Notes under the pieces: model-generated | Told to the model about the DNA's origin: nothing | Seen by the model: only the letters and a program-made list of their open reading frames with translations | The model's database searches: none | Program-made: the position numbers and the translations under genes | Shown here: positions 50,903 to 64,000 of the stretch, one piece after another | Position numbering within the stretch: the stretch's first letter is position 1 | Layout: each line of letters opens with the position of its first letter | Origin: Octopus vulgaris | Taxonomy: Eukaryota | Reading direction: 5' to 3' | Assembly (NCBI GenBank): GCA_951406725.2 | Contig: OX597823.1 | Location: 42,160,001 to 42,224,000 of the forward strand | DNA: 64,000 bases

Positions 50903-52548
50903 GATGCTGAAATACACATACCAAACCATTTTGTATTTCAAACTGACAAGAGAGAAATATCTTGTGGTGAAGCTGCAATGTACATTCAGGAAGTTGTTAT
51001 ACTCAGACTCAGTCTGTGACACACTGATAGCATATATTAAACAAATTAAAATGGTAATTCATGCTACATATCACCAACCAGATGGGGACTCATTTCAAAG
51101 AGAGCCTAAAAAAGATGGAAGTAGTGTTAACTAAACTAAAAGACAGCCTTCACATACATTTTCAAGAACACTTCAACTTTTCTACTGTTAAGTGGCCTGA
51201 GAGACAGCTCTTCTCAGGGATGTCACTGCATGAACAGAGGCATGCTTTTTGCATGGCTTTACAAATATGCTTTTTATGGTTCCACCAAACCAAGGGTTAA
51301 AATGTCCTAGACCTCTTTCTACTTCGCAAATAATATGGTACTCATCCATAATGTTAAAGTAAAACCAACAGTTTTCTCAAACCATGACTTAGTGGAGTTA
51401 ACAATGCAAGGTCTGAGAAAAACTGCAGACATATATTTTACCAGAAGTACCCAACACTTTTTCAGCTTGAACTTTCAAAATGCTAATTGGAACAGTATTC
51501 AGAAAGGGGTCCTGCAACAAAACTGATCTATTAGTCTTTCTATATTATATCAGGCATTTGGGAACCCTCTATACTAAAGGTAAGAATTCCATACCTTTTG
51601 GAAAGAGTTACCTTGAGCCAAGAAAATTCATAGATCTTGAATGGCATTAAGCTACAGCACTTTATGATAATCATGCATGATGTATGCATTAAGTTTACTC
51701 CAGAGAGAATGTCAAACTGACCCAAAAGCATATTTCCCAGAGATAGGAAAATTCTATCAAGCTGACAAGCATCTCAAATTGTCTAAATGGGCCACTAAAA
51801 GATAGAGAGGAAACCTATCTCAAATGAGCACTGCTTGAGATTAAAAATGAATTCAAGCACTCCCATGAAAAGGGGAGAACAAAAAAAGAAGCCTGGGCTG
51901 TAAAAATATGTAAAGCAAATCCTAAAGCTTTCTATATTTGCAAAGTGTCTGCTTTTGTTCAGTACAAGATAGAGCTGCTACTCAAAGAAAATGACTCACT
52001 CACTTCAGAAGCCAAAGGATAAGTGAAATATTGAATATGTAATACAAAAGTGTTTTCTCATCTCCAGTGGGACACTTGCAAACAAATATATCAAATGAGT
52101 TCTTTGACACGAGAGCTCTACACAAAGGGACAGCAGTTGTTGGTGATACTGAGATAGAGGAAACTGATTTAATATCAACTATTGATGAAACGAACTTAAA
52201 TTCAGCCACTGATCCTGATGGATTCCCAGCAAACCTCCTAAAAAATGCAAAGGTGCTTTAGCAAGACTGCTGTAGATTCTGCTCTAAAGCTTCCTTCTAA
52301 ATGGTAGACTTCCCAGCAAGTTAAAGCAGGGCAAAGTATTCCCAATCCATACAGGAGAAAGCATAGCAGATGCTAAAATTTATAGGGTTGTTTCTCTAAC
52401 CTTACATATCACCAAAGTCATGGAACACATTGTCAAGAAGGAATTGATCACATTCCTAGAAGATAACGACTTGCTCCTTGACACTCAGCATGGCTTCTGC
52501 TCAAAAAGACGCTGTTTCACACAGCTTCTGTGACATTATGACTGGATG
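50903..52548 (+). pseudogene. Decayed CR1/L2-group LINE ORF2 (APE endonuclease and start of RT)
   Basis: Broken frames read DAEIHIPNHFVFQTDK...AAMYI, HFNFSTVKWP, KANPKAFY, SATDPDGFPANLLK and PIHTGESIADAKIYRVVSLTLHITKVMEHIV...TQHGFCSKRRCFTQLL. Confidence 0.85.
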
Positions 52549-52699
52549 TGAATTGTGTCATTGTGCTGTTTTTCTCACAGACGGTGCCCAACTGACCCTA
52601 CTATACTGTGTAGTTGACAAAATCAAAACAAACAATGTGCATGCACAAAATCAAAAATATAAAATGACAATTTACTCATTACACCCTATATATACAACT

Positions 52700-53090
52700 T
52701 TATTCTTATACTTGTTTCAATCATTTGACTCAGGCCATGAACAAATCAATCTCAGCACTTACTTTTTCAAAGCCTAGTACTTGTTCAACCAGTCTCTTTT
52801 GCTGAACCACTAATTCACAGGGATGTAAATACACCAACACCGGTTGTCAAGCAGTGATGGGGAGACAAATACAGACACAAAGTCACACATGCACGCACAC
52901 ATAGATATATGCATTTATATATACATACAGTGGGCTTCTTACAGGTTTTGTCTACTAAATCCACTCACAAGATTTATGGTCAACCCAAAGCTATAGTAGA
53001 AGGAACTTGCCCAAGGTGCCATGCAGTGGAACTGAACCCAGAACCATGTTGTTGGAAAGCAAGCTTCTTACCACACAGCAAAGCCTATGC
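52700..53090 (-). mobile_element. Family A SINE, older copy
   Basis: Colinear with the reverse complement of the family A sequence. Confidence 0.8.
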
Positions 53091-55455
53091 TTATATATAT
53101 ATATATATACATATAAAGTGAGATAGCTATGTACATGTTTCTTTCTAACCATTTACATGTTTCTTCTAAACATTTCGCATTCCCTGCATTCTCTAACATT
53201 CTGCAACTCAATTCACACACATTCATCATAGAACCTACTCTTCACTTGAAGTGGAAATTCCCTTGTTGCCAGCAAAGTTAATAACTCCCTAAACTTATGG
53301 TATATGATTTGAGGAAGATTCGGCTCCTATTTATTGCATGCTGATTATCCAGATAGAGGCTTTCCTGCTATTGCCAAGGGACATGTAATCTCTCTTCAAT
53401 GTTCTTTTGATATCGTTGTTGTTTTTGATGTTGCTAATGATTTTTCTCCAATCAAAACTGGTTTTGTATTTGTTGTTAGAGTAACAATACTGTTGTTTGC
53501 CAATTTGATGTTAGTGTTGAGGCTGATGGAAATAATTTCAACCTCACATGATAGAATGGTGTGCTATGAAGGAGGTAACCTCATAGAAAGTTCTGTTACT
53601 TTATCATTGTTGGGAGCATTATGCTTTAAACTAAATGCAATGGTGGCTTGTTATATACCTTCATCCTGGTGATTTATTCTGGCCATTAACTAGGTTACTT
53701 TCATTTCCTCTATTACTGACATGAAAGGTTACACCATTAATGAAGGTAAAAGTTAAGATAACATTTTCTTTGTGTTTTTATATTTCTTGTATGTTTATTG
53801 CTGTTGGTTATCTGGATTATATATTTAGCACAGATGGATTAGGGCTATAATAGTTCCAGGTTCAAATGCCAAAGCTGTGTATCAGCTAGCTAATGGCAAT
53901 ATAGTCTCATTTGTTAAGTAGAAACACTATTGTAACATTCATATTTTCCCTTTGTTTCCAGAATTTATTCCTTGATGTTTGATTATATACAAGTTTTCAA
54001 TTATTTTCTAAATGATACTTATGTCCAGTGCTTTACTCATAAAGGAATCATTAAATATACTATTTACACACTGAAATCAGTATAATCAATACAAGCTGTG
54101 TCAATCCAATTCACCTCTAAATGCTTCTCCTCTCCATCTTCATATCTACATATCAACTTTTCTCTTTAACATCTATGTTATGTACATATCTAATTCCCTC
54201 CTAGACATTCATTCTCTTCATTTTACACCTACACAATGTTTCTCCTTCTCAATGCACAGCTTCGTACTATTTCTCCATTTCCATTCTATAAACAATTCCG
54301 ATCTAGGACCCATCTATGCGCTCTTATTTCAGTTAATACTTGCAGGATTTATGTGTTCCTTCAACTGAAAGATTTTAATTGCAATGCTATAATTCTTCAA
54401 ACAACTACATCATGCCACTATCAAATTAGTTTAGAGCCTTCATTACCAGATCTCTCTCTTTCTCTCTCTCATCATGCTCAAACTTCATTTAATGTCTTCA
54501 TTTAACTCACACATCATTTAATGTCTGTTTTCCATGCTGGCATGGGTTAGATGGTTTGACCAGAGATGGTAAGCCAGAGAGTTACACCGGGATCCAGTCA
54601 TTGTTTTTCCTTGGTTTCTATGGTTAGTTGCCCTTTCTATACTTTATGGAGTGTACTGAGTGTCTCTTACATGTCACCAGCATGGGTGCCTTTATCATGT
54701 CACCATAAATAACAATAACAGCATCTGTATCAAAACATCCTTGGAGATAGTTCAGACTTCCACAAGAAAGCTTCTAGCTGATACACAATTTGCCAGAAAA
54801 AGTAGCCAAATCTCTCTCAAATCACAGTATAGCATCTAAGACAAAGTTCATGTAGCTTTTACTTTTACTGACAAGAAGGGGATTCTTGCACCAAGGGATG
54901 AGTAGACTGTAGCAGTGCATATGTACAAACTGCTACATGGTATGGAAGTGAGATGTGAACACTAAATGCAGGTTCATTAATTGTATCTGTTGGCTGAAAG
55001 TATAAATCTACAATCTGAGGTTGTTTAAGAGAGTTTTCTAACAAAAATATCCCAATATTCCAACAATATATTGATAACCATGTTTGGAAAAGGAGAAAAC
55101 AAATTCACACCTCATGACATTTGTAAACTATGTAAAAACAGAAATGGTATTTTTTGTAACTTATTTTTATCAACTGAGTTTCCTTTCTAATACTTAAATG
55201 TAAAAATGGGATGTGCCAAACTTAATTTCCTTCTTCAGCTTGAAATTTAATTCCTCGTCTCTTGAGGGGGAAAAGCTCTGGAGGGAAGGCTAAATAATAT
55301 GTTATGTACCATGAGCAGAGGCTGTCAGATACTATGCTGAGGGCTCTGCTTAAAAAAAAGTTTACCTGAGGCAACAAAACTTTTGAGTCCTTGTAGCAAA
55401 GAATGTTAAGTGCTGCTATTTAGCTCCTCTATTCTACATACAGATACAACATGAA

Positions 55456-55498
<43 letters not shown>

Positions 55499-55665
55499 AC
55501 ACATACACACATACACACACAAATTTAAATGTAATTATGTTTTATTATTACATCTGGCTTATGTTTGTTGCACATTTGTATCTGTATATCAATCTCTCTC
55601 TCTCTTTCTCTCTCTCTCTCTCACTCTCTCTTTCACTCTCTCTCTCTCTCTCTATCTGTATATAT

Positions 55666-56082
55666 ACTCTTTTACTCTCTTTTACTCGTTTCAGTCATTT
55701 GACTGCGGCCATGCTGGAGCACCGCCTGTAGTCGAGCAAATCGACCCCGGAACTTATTCTTTGTAAGCCCAGTACTTATTCTAGCGGTCACTTTTGCCGA
55801 ACCGCTAAGTGACGGGGACGTAAACACACCAGCATCGGTTGCCAAGCAATGCTAGGGGGACAAACACAGACACACAAGCATATACACATACATACACATA
55901 TATATACATATAATATATACGACAGGCTTCTTTCAGTTTCTGTCTACCAAATCCACTCACAAGGTATTGGTCGGCCCGAGGCTATAGCAGAAGACACTTG
56001 CCCAAGATGCCACGCAGTGGGACTGAACCCGGAACCATGTGGTTGGTAAGCAAGCTACTTACCACACATCCACTCCTGCGCC
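55666..56082 (-). mobile_element. Family A SINE, young full-length copy
   Basis: CpGs are retained, and both the complete head (…CACTCCTGCGCC) and the (CTCTTTTA)n tail are present. Confidence 0.92.
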
Positions 56083-57484
56083 TATATATATATGTGTGTG
56101 TGTGTGTCTGTGTGTAATGACAGGCTTCTTCCAGTTTTCGTTTACAAAATCTACTCACAAGTTCTTTGGCTGGCTTAGAGCTCTTTGGACTAGAGTAGAA
56201 GACATTTACCTGACATGCTGTGCCCTGGGATTGAACCTGCTACCACATGGCTGGGAAGTTAGTAAAGCAAACTTCTCAACCTCACAACTATGGCTGCACA
56301 TAGTGGTATTTATATGATCTCATTAGGTTGTGTAGCATACATAACTGATATGAAATTAATTTATTTAAACTTAGATACAAATTCACACAAAACTCACTGA
56401 AGTACTTAAGCACCTACAATTACATACATGATTACAGTCAGATATTTCAACTCACTTCAACTCCAAAACATTTCACAATTCATTTAAGTAAAAGTGATTC
56501 TTTATCAAAAGCAATATTTTCATTTTAGTTTCCAGGAAACAACAGAGTATTTTTTAACTTTATCGATGGAAAGCTCATAAATGCTTTTCTATGTTCACCA
56601 TCTTAATAGAAAGCTCCAGAATCTTCTTTACAGAACATAAGGGAAAATTTCATTTCACTTTTTTTATGAGGTGTTCTCAAGTGTTTTTCATATTAACACA
56701 CTTTTCCTTTTCTCTGGCCATGAGTGGGTGAATGCCGGCATGTAAGCTTACTTACCGTTTCTGACAGAATCAGTCCAAGACATTCATCTTCCTCAGACTC
56801 CAGCACATTGTTTCTCATGGGAGCAGACGTAGGAGATCATGTGACATTGAGGGCATTGAAAGTGACCCTGAACAACTGCTGAAGGGAGTTGATGATGATA
56901 TCATGTGTGACTGTGTCTGCATATGAAGAGTACTTTCACTGAGGCCAGTGTTATTTGTGGGCAAATATCTCAAGTTAGATTCACACTTATGTCTAAAAAG
57001 TTTACTGTTTGGGCAATCCCTATGTGTGTGCGTGTGTGTGTACATGTGTGTCTTCTGAAATAAACATCGGAGATGTTTTGACCCAAGTTAAAACTGCAGG
57101 AGTTAGGAACTGTTCAGAATATTTGCAAGCTATTCTTTTGAATACATTGCAATGTTAAAGCCTCTTCCATATATCAGGGTCAGAAGCATTTTGCTCTTTT
57201 AGCCCATGGTGAGGACAACTCTTTTCACCTACAGAAGGGTTCTATCCGAAGTTTTTTATTAATCACTTTGAGTTGGTTATAGCAGCCATGCTTATCTCCT
57301 TGAAAGCATTCTTAATCTGGGATCCAGACCAAGCTTTGGCAAGAAATTACACACCAGTCTAGCTGGAAAGTCACAGAAGTTGGCTCCAAAAAAGGAATGA
57401 GATCTCACACCATCCCTTGACAAGAGCTTTATTGGCTGACGCATACATATATTTGAATATATGAATAATTTAATGAATGCAAAT

Positions 57485-57700
57485 GGTATACATAAGCTTC
57501 TTCACCTTTCATGCTTGAGTAGTGCAGTAGCCAAATAGGCCCATATAGCATACAGTGCATGATCCAACAATTTTTCAGGCTCATATAACATTTCAGTTAT
57601 TTGTGACTGAACTCTTGCTGGATCATGCACTATACACTGGGTAAGCTTATCTGATTGCTGCACTATCCAAACATGAAACTTGAAGTAGCTCACATATAAC
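57485..57700. repeat. ~215-bp imperfect fold-back palindrome
   Basis: The left arm AGCTTCTTCACCTTTCATGCTTGAGTAGTGCAG...AGTGCATGATCCAACAA aligns almost gap-free to the reverse complement of the right arm AGCTACTTCAAGTTTCATGTTTGGATAGTGCAG...AGTGCATGATCCAGCAA. Confidence 0.85.
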
Positions 57701-58274
57701 CCTTTGTTTTCATTAAACAATATTTAGCTCTCACTGAAATGACTGCTTTTTTGCTGATTATATTAACATGTAATCAGTACACACACACACATGGAGAGAA
57801 GTTGTGGAACAGGATGAAGAAGAAGATGAAGAAGAATGTTTTGTATTAACTTACATAGTTTGTAAATGACATAAGTGACCACAAATACCACTTAAATGAG
57901 GACGAACAAATATCCTCTTTAAATATCATGTCACATCATACTCCTAACAATTTTACAGGTGCTTGCTTCTTTTTTTTTTCAATTTCTTTCTTTTACATCA
58001 TTACCATCAATTAATGTCCTCTTTTCCATACCTGCATATGTCAGATGAAATTAGTTGAGGCACTTTTGCTACAGCTGGATGCATTTCCTGTCAAAAACCT
58101 TCACCTGTTCCCAATCAAAGCAATATTTCCTGTGGGCAGACATGTTTTTCTCAGAAGACTGGAAATGAACAACACCACCTGTATGACAGTGATGCTCATT
58201 TACAATAATCAAGTGCTTTGAAAACAAGGGAACACACACATACACATGCACATATATGAATACTCAGGCATAAA

Positions 58275-58323
<49 letters not shown>

Positions 58324-58325
<2 letters not shown>

Positions 58326-58750
58326 CATGGCTGTGTGGTAAGATACTTGCTTCCCAACCCCAAGTTTCCAGGTTCAGTTTCACTGCATGGGACCTTGGAC
58401 AAATGGCTTCTACTATAGCCTCAGGCCAACCAAAGCCTTGGAAGTAGATTTAATAGATGGAAACTGAAAGAAGCCTGTCGTATATATATATATATATATA
58501 TATGGGAAATAAGGAAACGGAGAGGACATAAAATCGACGGACATCAGCCAGGTACTATCCCTTAGTAGGTTTCTCAGCCCCTAACTCACACAGAAATATA
58601 TATATATATATGTAACTTAGTGTTTCTTCAAAAAAGACATAGAATATCTACCGGGCTTACAAAGAATAAGTCCTGGGGTCAACTTCTTTGACTAAAAAAC
58701 CCTTTAAGATGGTACTCCAGCATGGCTGAAATAAGTAAAAGAATAAAAGA
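58324..58750 (+). mobile_element. Family A SINE with a ~100-bp unrelated insert in its internal (TA)n tract
   Basis: Head at 58324-58480, insert at ~58503-58597 between (TA)n runs, and SINE 3' half at 58612-58750. Confidence 0.75.
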
Positions 58751-58903
58751 GTATATGTATATGTCTGTGTGTGTGTGTTTTAGTATATGTGTTTGTACCT
58801 CCATCACTGCTTGTCAACTGGTGTTGGTATGTTTACATCAATGAAACTTAACAGTTTGGCAAAAGAAACCAATAGAATAAGAATTAAGTATAGAAATATA
58901 GAT

Positions 58904-58904
<1 letters not shown>

Positions 58905-58975
<71 letters not shown>
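58905..58975. repeat. (TAGA)n microsatellite
   Basis: Direct reading. Confidence 0.95.
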
Positions 58976-61900
58976 GTCAGTAGATAGGTAGGTAGGTTGG
59001 TATGCTGATCCATTTCAGCTTTTCCCTACCAAAAGATTTGTGCAACATTTTGGTAGAAGACACTTGCCCAAGGTGCCATAGAGTGAGACTGAACCTAAGA
59101 CTATGTAGATGAGAAGCAAGCTTCTTAACCACACAGTTACCTTCATGAAAAACATTACAGCTGCAGTAAAAAAAAAAATCAAACAAAACATAAGTGGAAA
59201 ATGGTGGATTAGAAGTAGATTCCTCAACATTAATGTTGAGTTTCTTTTATATAGAAACCAACTAAGCCATAATTTTTACTGTATTTAAGATTCATATTCA
59301 AGATTCATAAATTTTCAACTTCAGAAAGTTATCCTGACAACAATTTATAAAGATAATGAAAACTGTGTTGATTGAGAGAGTAAATGTTTTCTTTTCCTTT
59401 TTTTTTTGTGCACTTGTTTTTTTAGTGTTTTTCTTTTTTCTTTTAAATCTCTTTTTTTTTTCTGCTTTATGCCGGCTTCATTCATGATGACGTTTCTTAG
59501 TTATTTTTCAAGGAGCTATTTTTTTTGAGCTTAGATCAAATGTGTGATCAAGTACACACATACACATATGCAGACACACAAACTCATACATATAAATACC
59601 TACATATATATATATATGCATATATATATGTGTGTGTGTGTGTACATGCAAGTAAATGCATGCATGGTATGCACTCTTGCAAAAACTGACAAGTTGAAGG
59701 AGATCTTAGAAAACTAAAAGAATGAAGAACATTTGACCAGAAGTAAATTGTTCGTTGAGAGAAAATATATTTTAATTAATAAATTATCTTGTGCACAGGG
59801 AACAGAGAAAATCAAAACAATGATATATCCATTCTTAATACATTACGCTAGATTTGAATCCCTGCTATTTTATCTGCGAAGAACAATTTGTTTCAGGCAA
59901 TCCGTGTTCACAACACACTCAGTCCATTGAGGAAAAGGCACACTGAGACACTGTAGTGTTTCAACCACATTGTGTCTCCTCAGTCAAAGCTACCTGCAGA
60001 TTAATGAATCTTAACAAGAATTTTGTCTCTAGTCTATAGAAATAAATGAAAAATTTTTTGCTGATGTATGCCAAATCAAAAATAAATTGCCATGTGCATG
60101 CAGAACAGTAAGAATCAAAATAATGTCATACATGTTTATTCTTAATATGTTCCAGCAGATTAAAACAATTACAGACTAATCAAGGTTGTATTTTATCTTC
60201 AGCGAATAATGTTTCTTTTCAGATGATATGTATATATTTTAATTAGTCCAGTATTTGATCGAAGCTATCCTCACTGGCTATCATATTTCAGAGTACAGTA
60301 ACATATTTGAGCAGTTCACTGTGATTATATTCCAAAACGTGCTACGTTTAATTATCTTTCAAAACATGAAAAGATATTTTGTGAGTGAGAAGCTTTACTT
60401 TTGGCTATATTTCATCAATAATTTTCCCCCCATAAACCCAATCTCAATGACTTTATGATAATATTTGAATATTTCTTTTCATCTTTTAGTCAAGTAAGAA
60501 AGAAAATAGTACCAATAACCCTTTACAGGACCTTTTGAGATTAATAGGAGGGAGAGAGTAAGTTATCCTGAAACCAAAGACCTGTCCCATATGATAGCAA
60601 CAGAATAGACCCCCACTATAAGCACCTGAGATAGCAGGTTGGTAGTGTTGAACTACACGACAGGTTAAGTCAACCATTCATGTAAGCCATGGTAGGATTT
60701 GAACTTAGGCTGCAATGAAGCCGAACAAATACTGCAAGGCATTCAGTTCTACAATACCTTTCTTTTTTGTATTGAACCTGAAAAAATAGAAGGCAAAGTT
60801 GACCTTGGCAAGATTTGAATTCAGAGTTTTACATGTCAGAACAGATACTGTAAGGCATTTTATTCAATGCTCTAAATAACTCTACCAATTCATCACCTAA
60901 AAATATCAGCTTCATCAGAAGAGGAAGAGTAAACCCACAACCCCATGATTCCCTTCAAGATATTTGAAACTGTTGGAAGAAAGGGAGGAAGTTGTCCTTA
61001 AATTTAAGACTTTGCTGAATGTTTGTATGTCCTAAGATTGAAAACCTTACATGAATACATGTATGCCCTTAATTGTAAGACCTTGCCTGAGTACTTGTAT
61101 GTCTACCAACCAAAAACAGTAACAGTCCCTTTGTTCAATTTCATCACAGCTTCAGTTTTCTAAATTTCAAGGCTTTGGCTAACTCAATGGCAATATTAGA
61201 AACCACCAAAGTCACTATGTATGAGAGTTGAACCGAGAGCTTTGTAGTTGTGTGGCAAACTTCTTGACCATGAAGCTATGTCCCTTTCTATAATTAGATA
61301 TTCTGTTTCAGTATTCACTCATCTCTAATGAAATCCTCTTCTTAGAAAACTCAAAGAGGAATGTATGAGAGCATGTGTGAGAGCATGGAATGTGCCTAGT
61401 CTACTCTCAGGTGATTATGGCAGCTGAATAATATCAGTGATAAAGTGATGAGTGTAGGAATAAGTTGTGGGATAATCTTGATGGGGCAATGAGAATGGAG
61501 GTGGACAGAGCTTCACACGTACAAGATAGTTTTATGATATCAATTCTGTTGTGGTGGGTGAGTTTTCTCAAGCACAGCAAGCTGAAAGTACAGAAAGCAA
61601 AAGAACCAGAACAACCATTCCAAAAAGTGACCTACTCTTTCATACTTTAACCTTTCAATAGCTTGCATACATCCACCTCCCTCACTAATATAGCCTCCCT
61701 CAGTCAATGGAAGCTTTTATATTCTTGCATATTACATAGCAGACTTACTAGTGTTGGTGCCATGAAAAATAGTATTCAGTACAACTCTATCCCACCTCCA
61801 TTCCCATTGCCCCATCAAGCTTACCCCACAACTTATTTCTACACTCATCACTTTATCTCTGATATTATTCAGTTATCATAATCACCTGAGAGCAGAATAG

Positions 61901-64000
61901 GAACATTCTATGCACTCACACCTGATTTCATACCTTCCTCTTTCCTCTTTGAGTTTTTCAAGAAGACGATTTATTTCATTAGAGACGAGTAAATACTGAA
62001 TCAAAATATTTAATTATAGAAGCAGACGTAGCCTTGTGGTCAAGAGGTTTGCCTCACAACTACATAGCTCTCAGTTCAATTCTAATGCACAGCAAATTAG
62101 GTGTTCACTAACCAATGAAGAAGAAAAGGATAAAGTGATTGGCATTAGGCAGTGCAAACAGCCATAGAAACCGTGCCAAAGCTGACACTGGAGCCTAACA
62201 CAGTCTTCCTACTGGTTGGTTCTTGTTGAAGCATCCTACCCATGCCAGCATAAAAGACAGATGTTAAACGATAATGATGATGATGATGATAAAGAAGATA
62301 AATAATGAGTTGAAATAAATTACAAGAAATAACATGGAGAGATAATTAGAAATTCACGTGATCATATTGATTATCCTTCTCGTTTTCATTGTCTTCGGAG
62401 TTTCATTTCCTTCCTTCTATCTGTCCATTCAAGACCGCAATCAATAGAACTAGTTCTTATACTAAACCGTGGTCATCATACCTGAGATTGATTCTGCAGA
62501 GATCGATAGGATCAGAGGATGAGAATGTTTTAGCTTTACCATCTTCTTACATTATTGTACTTTAGGTTAGTAACATCCCCACCACCATAGTCATCACTCC
62601 ACACACTTGCTAATTTTGCTTTCGTGCAATTCATTCTGACAACAGCTTTGTTGCAATTAGTGTGTTAGTGTTATGATTCACAACACGTATACCTAAATTT
62701 TGTGCCATCGCCGACATTGGCTGTGGATTTATTGGTCCTGATGGCGTTACTGATCCTTTTGGATTGCACAAGGCAGATACATTCAGAGAATAATCACTTG
62801 GGGAAGATACATGCCAAATTAATAAATTTAATGTCATTCAATCTCTTTGAACAGTGCTATTCACACACACACACGTTATATTATAGTACATTCTCCTACT
62901 CTATATAGAGATATTAACCCATTCTTCATTCATTTATATATGTTTATACCTACAGATTTATATTTAACAATGGCTATAGGCACAAGCATAGCCATGTGGT
63001 TAAGGGTTTGTTAACAGAAACTAAAAGAAGCCTACCATTCATGTGTGTGTGTGTGTGTGTGTGAATGTATGTATGAGTGACAAGACGTAGAAATACTCAG
63101 GTTGGTGTCTAAGGGTACAGTAAGCCCCTGATCTTTGTTAAAATAACCTTCTAAGAGAAAGTTAACTTGCATAGAAAACCTGCTGCTATTCTGAGCTGGA
63201 TATCTTGCACTTTTCTTGTCTCTGAGATTTTTGTTATTGCTAGTGACAGTCGTTATGGTGTTGTGCAAGTCGTACTAGACCTAAGAGCTTGCACAGGTGT
63301 AGGCAACACTCACCAATGGTCATGCTCATCTAAGGAGTAGATTGTCGTCATGTATGTATAAGCCTGTATGTGTGTGCGTGTTCTTGCCTTATGATTGTGT
63401 GATAGTGAGCATCACTCATATGATTGGCGTCATTCCTTTCCAGTCTTTCATAAAAATTTGTTTGGCCAAGGGGAGTAATTACCTTACTTGGAAACATCTT
63501 TAAGCTTACATCATAATCTTACATCATTATCCTCATTGTTTTAATACCAGATGGAATTTAATGAGACACATTTTCTACAGCAGGCTGGCCTTCCTGTTCC
63601 CAGTCATCACTTGTTTCCAAACAATATAACAATTGAACATTTTCACTGAAGATTGGAAACAGATGACACTGCTTGAATAACGGTGACACTCATTTACAAA
63701 TACCATATGGTGTCTTGACAGAGGCACAAACACACACACACATACAACATGAGGATGGAGGATAACGGGCTTTAATTGCAGATCACAACATTTGTCTCTG
63801 CACCACACACCAGCTTTAAATTGCTGAGTTTATATTCAACAATCTTTATGAATGAACATTCTTTATAATGCTGTATTATAGTGTTATATTATCCTTGTAA
63901 TAGTCTAATGTAAAAATGAGTTTCACATGTGTATCTGGCCCTGGAATATTCTCCAACATACGATATGTGGTAGCCAAGTAACAACATAAGAGCTCTTATA

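Noticed and set aside
53334-53672. 112-aa hydrophobic ORF
   Set aside because: It has a non-ATG start, no recognisable domain and no convincing splice context.
57502-57720. 72-aa minus-strand ORF as an exon
   Set aside because: There is an in-frame stop just upstream, and the ORF coincides with the fold-back palindrome.
62631-62908. Short overlapping ORFs in unique-looking sequence
   Set aside because: No recognisable homology, so a gene call cannot be supported.

Overview
Eukaryotic, AT-rich and microsatellite-dense DNA. The SINE families and the RTE LINE look like those of octopus (coleoid cephalopod); this is an inference from remembered consensus sequences. I could not recognise any host protein-coding exon, so the window is probably intergenic or a large intron. 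Nearly all ORFs in the track are artefacts of microsatellites or repeats. The only intact long ORF (35102-36964) is a 5'-truncated RTE-clade LINE whose reverse transcriptase is followed by a C4HC3 PHD-type finger. The rest is a transposon graveyard: at least four tRNA-derived SINE families, RTE 3'-tail fragments, TTAA (piggyBac-like) and hAT-like MITEs, two decayed Tc1/mariner transposases, a decayed CR1-like ORF2 and Penelope-like (PLE) GIY-YIG remnants. The most interesting signal is a group of minimal type I hammerhead ribozyme (HHR) motifs between 29.3 and 32.5 kb, two of which keep the full catalytic core. One motif sits in a short element joining a tRNA-like Pol III head to an HHR-bearing PLE-type tail, a candidate PLE-mobilised SINE or retrozyme-like element. 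The other motifs of this group lie inside a ~320-bp inverted duplication that brackets ~4.7 kb. Several fold-back hairpins are also present. All alignments and folds were done by eye, so boundaries are approximate.
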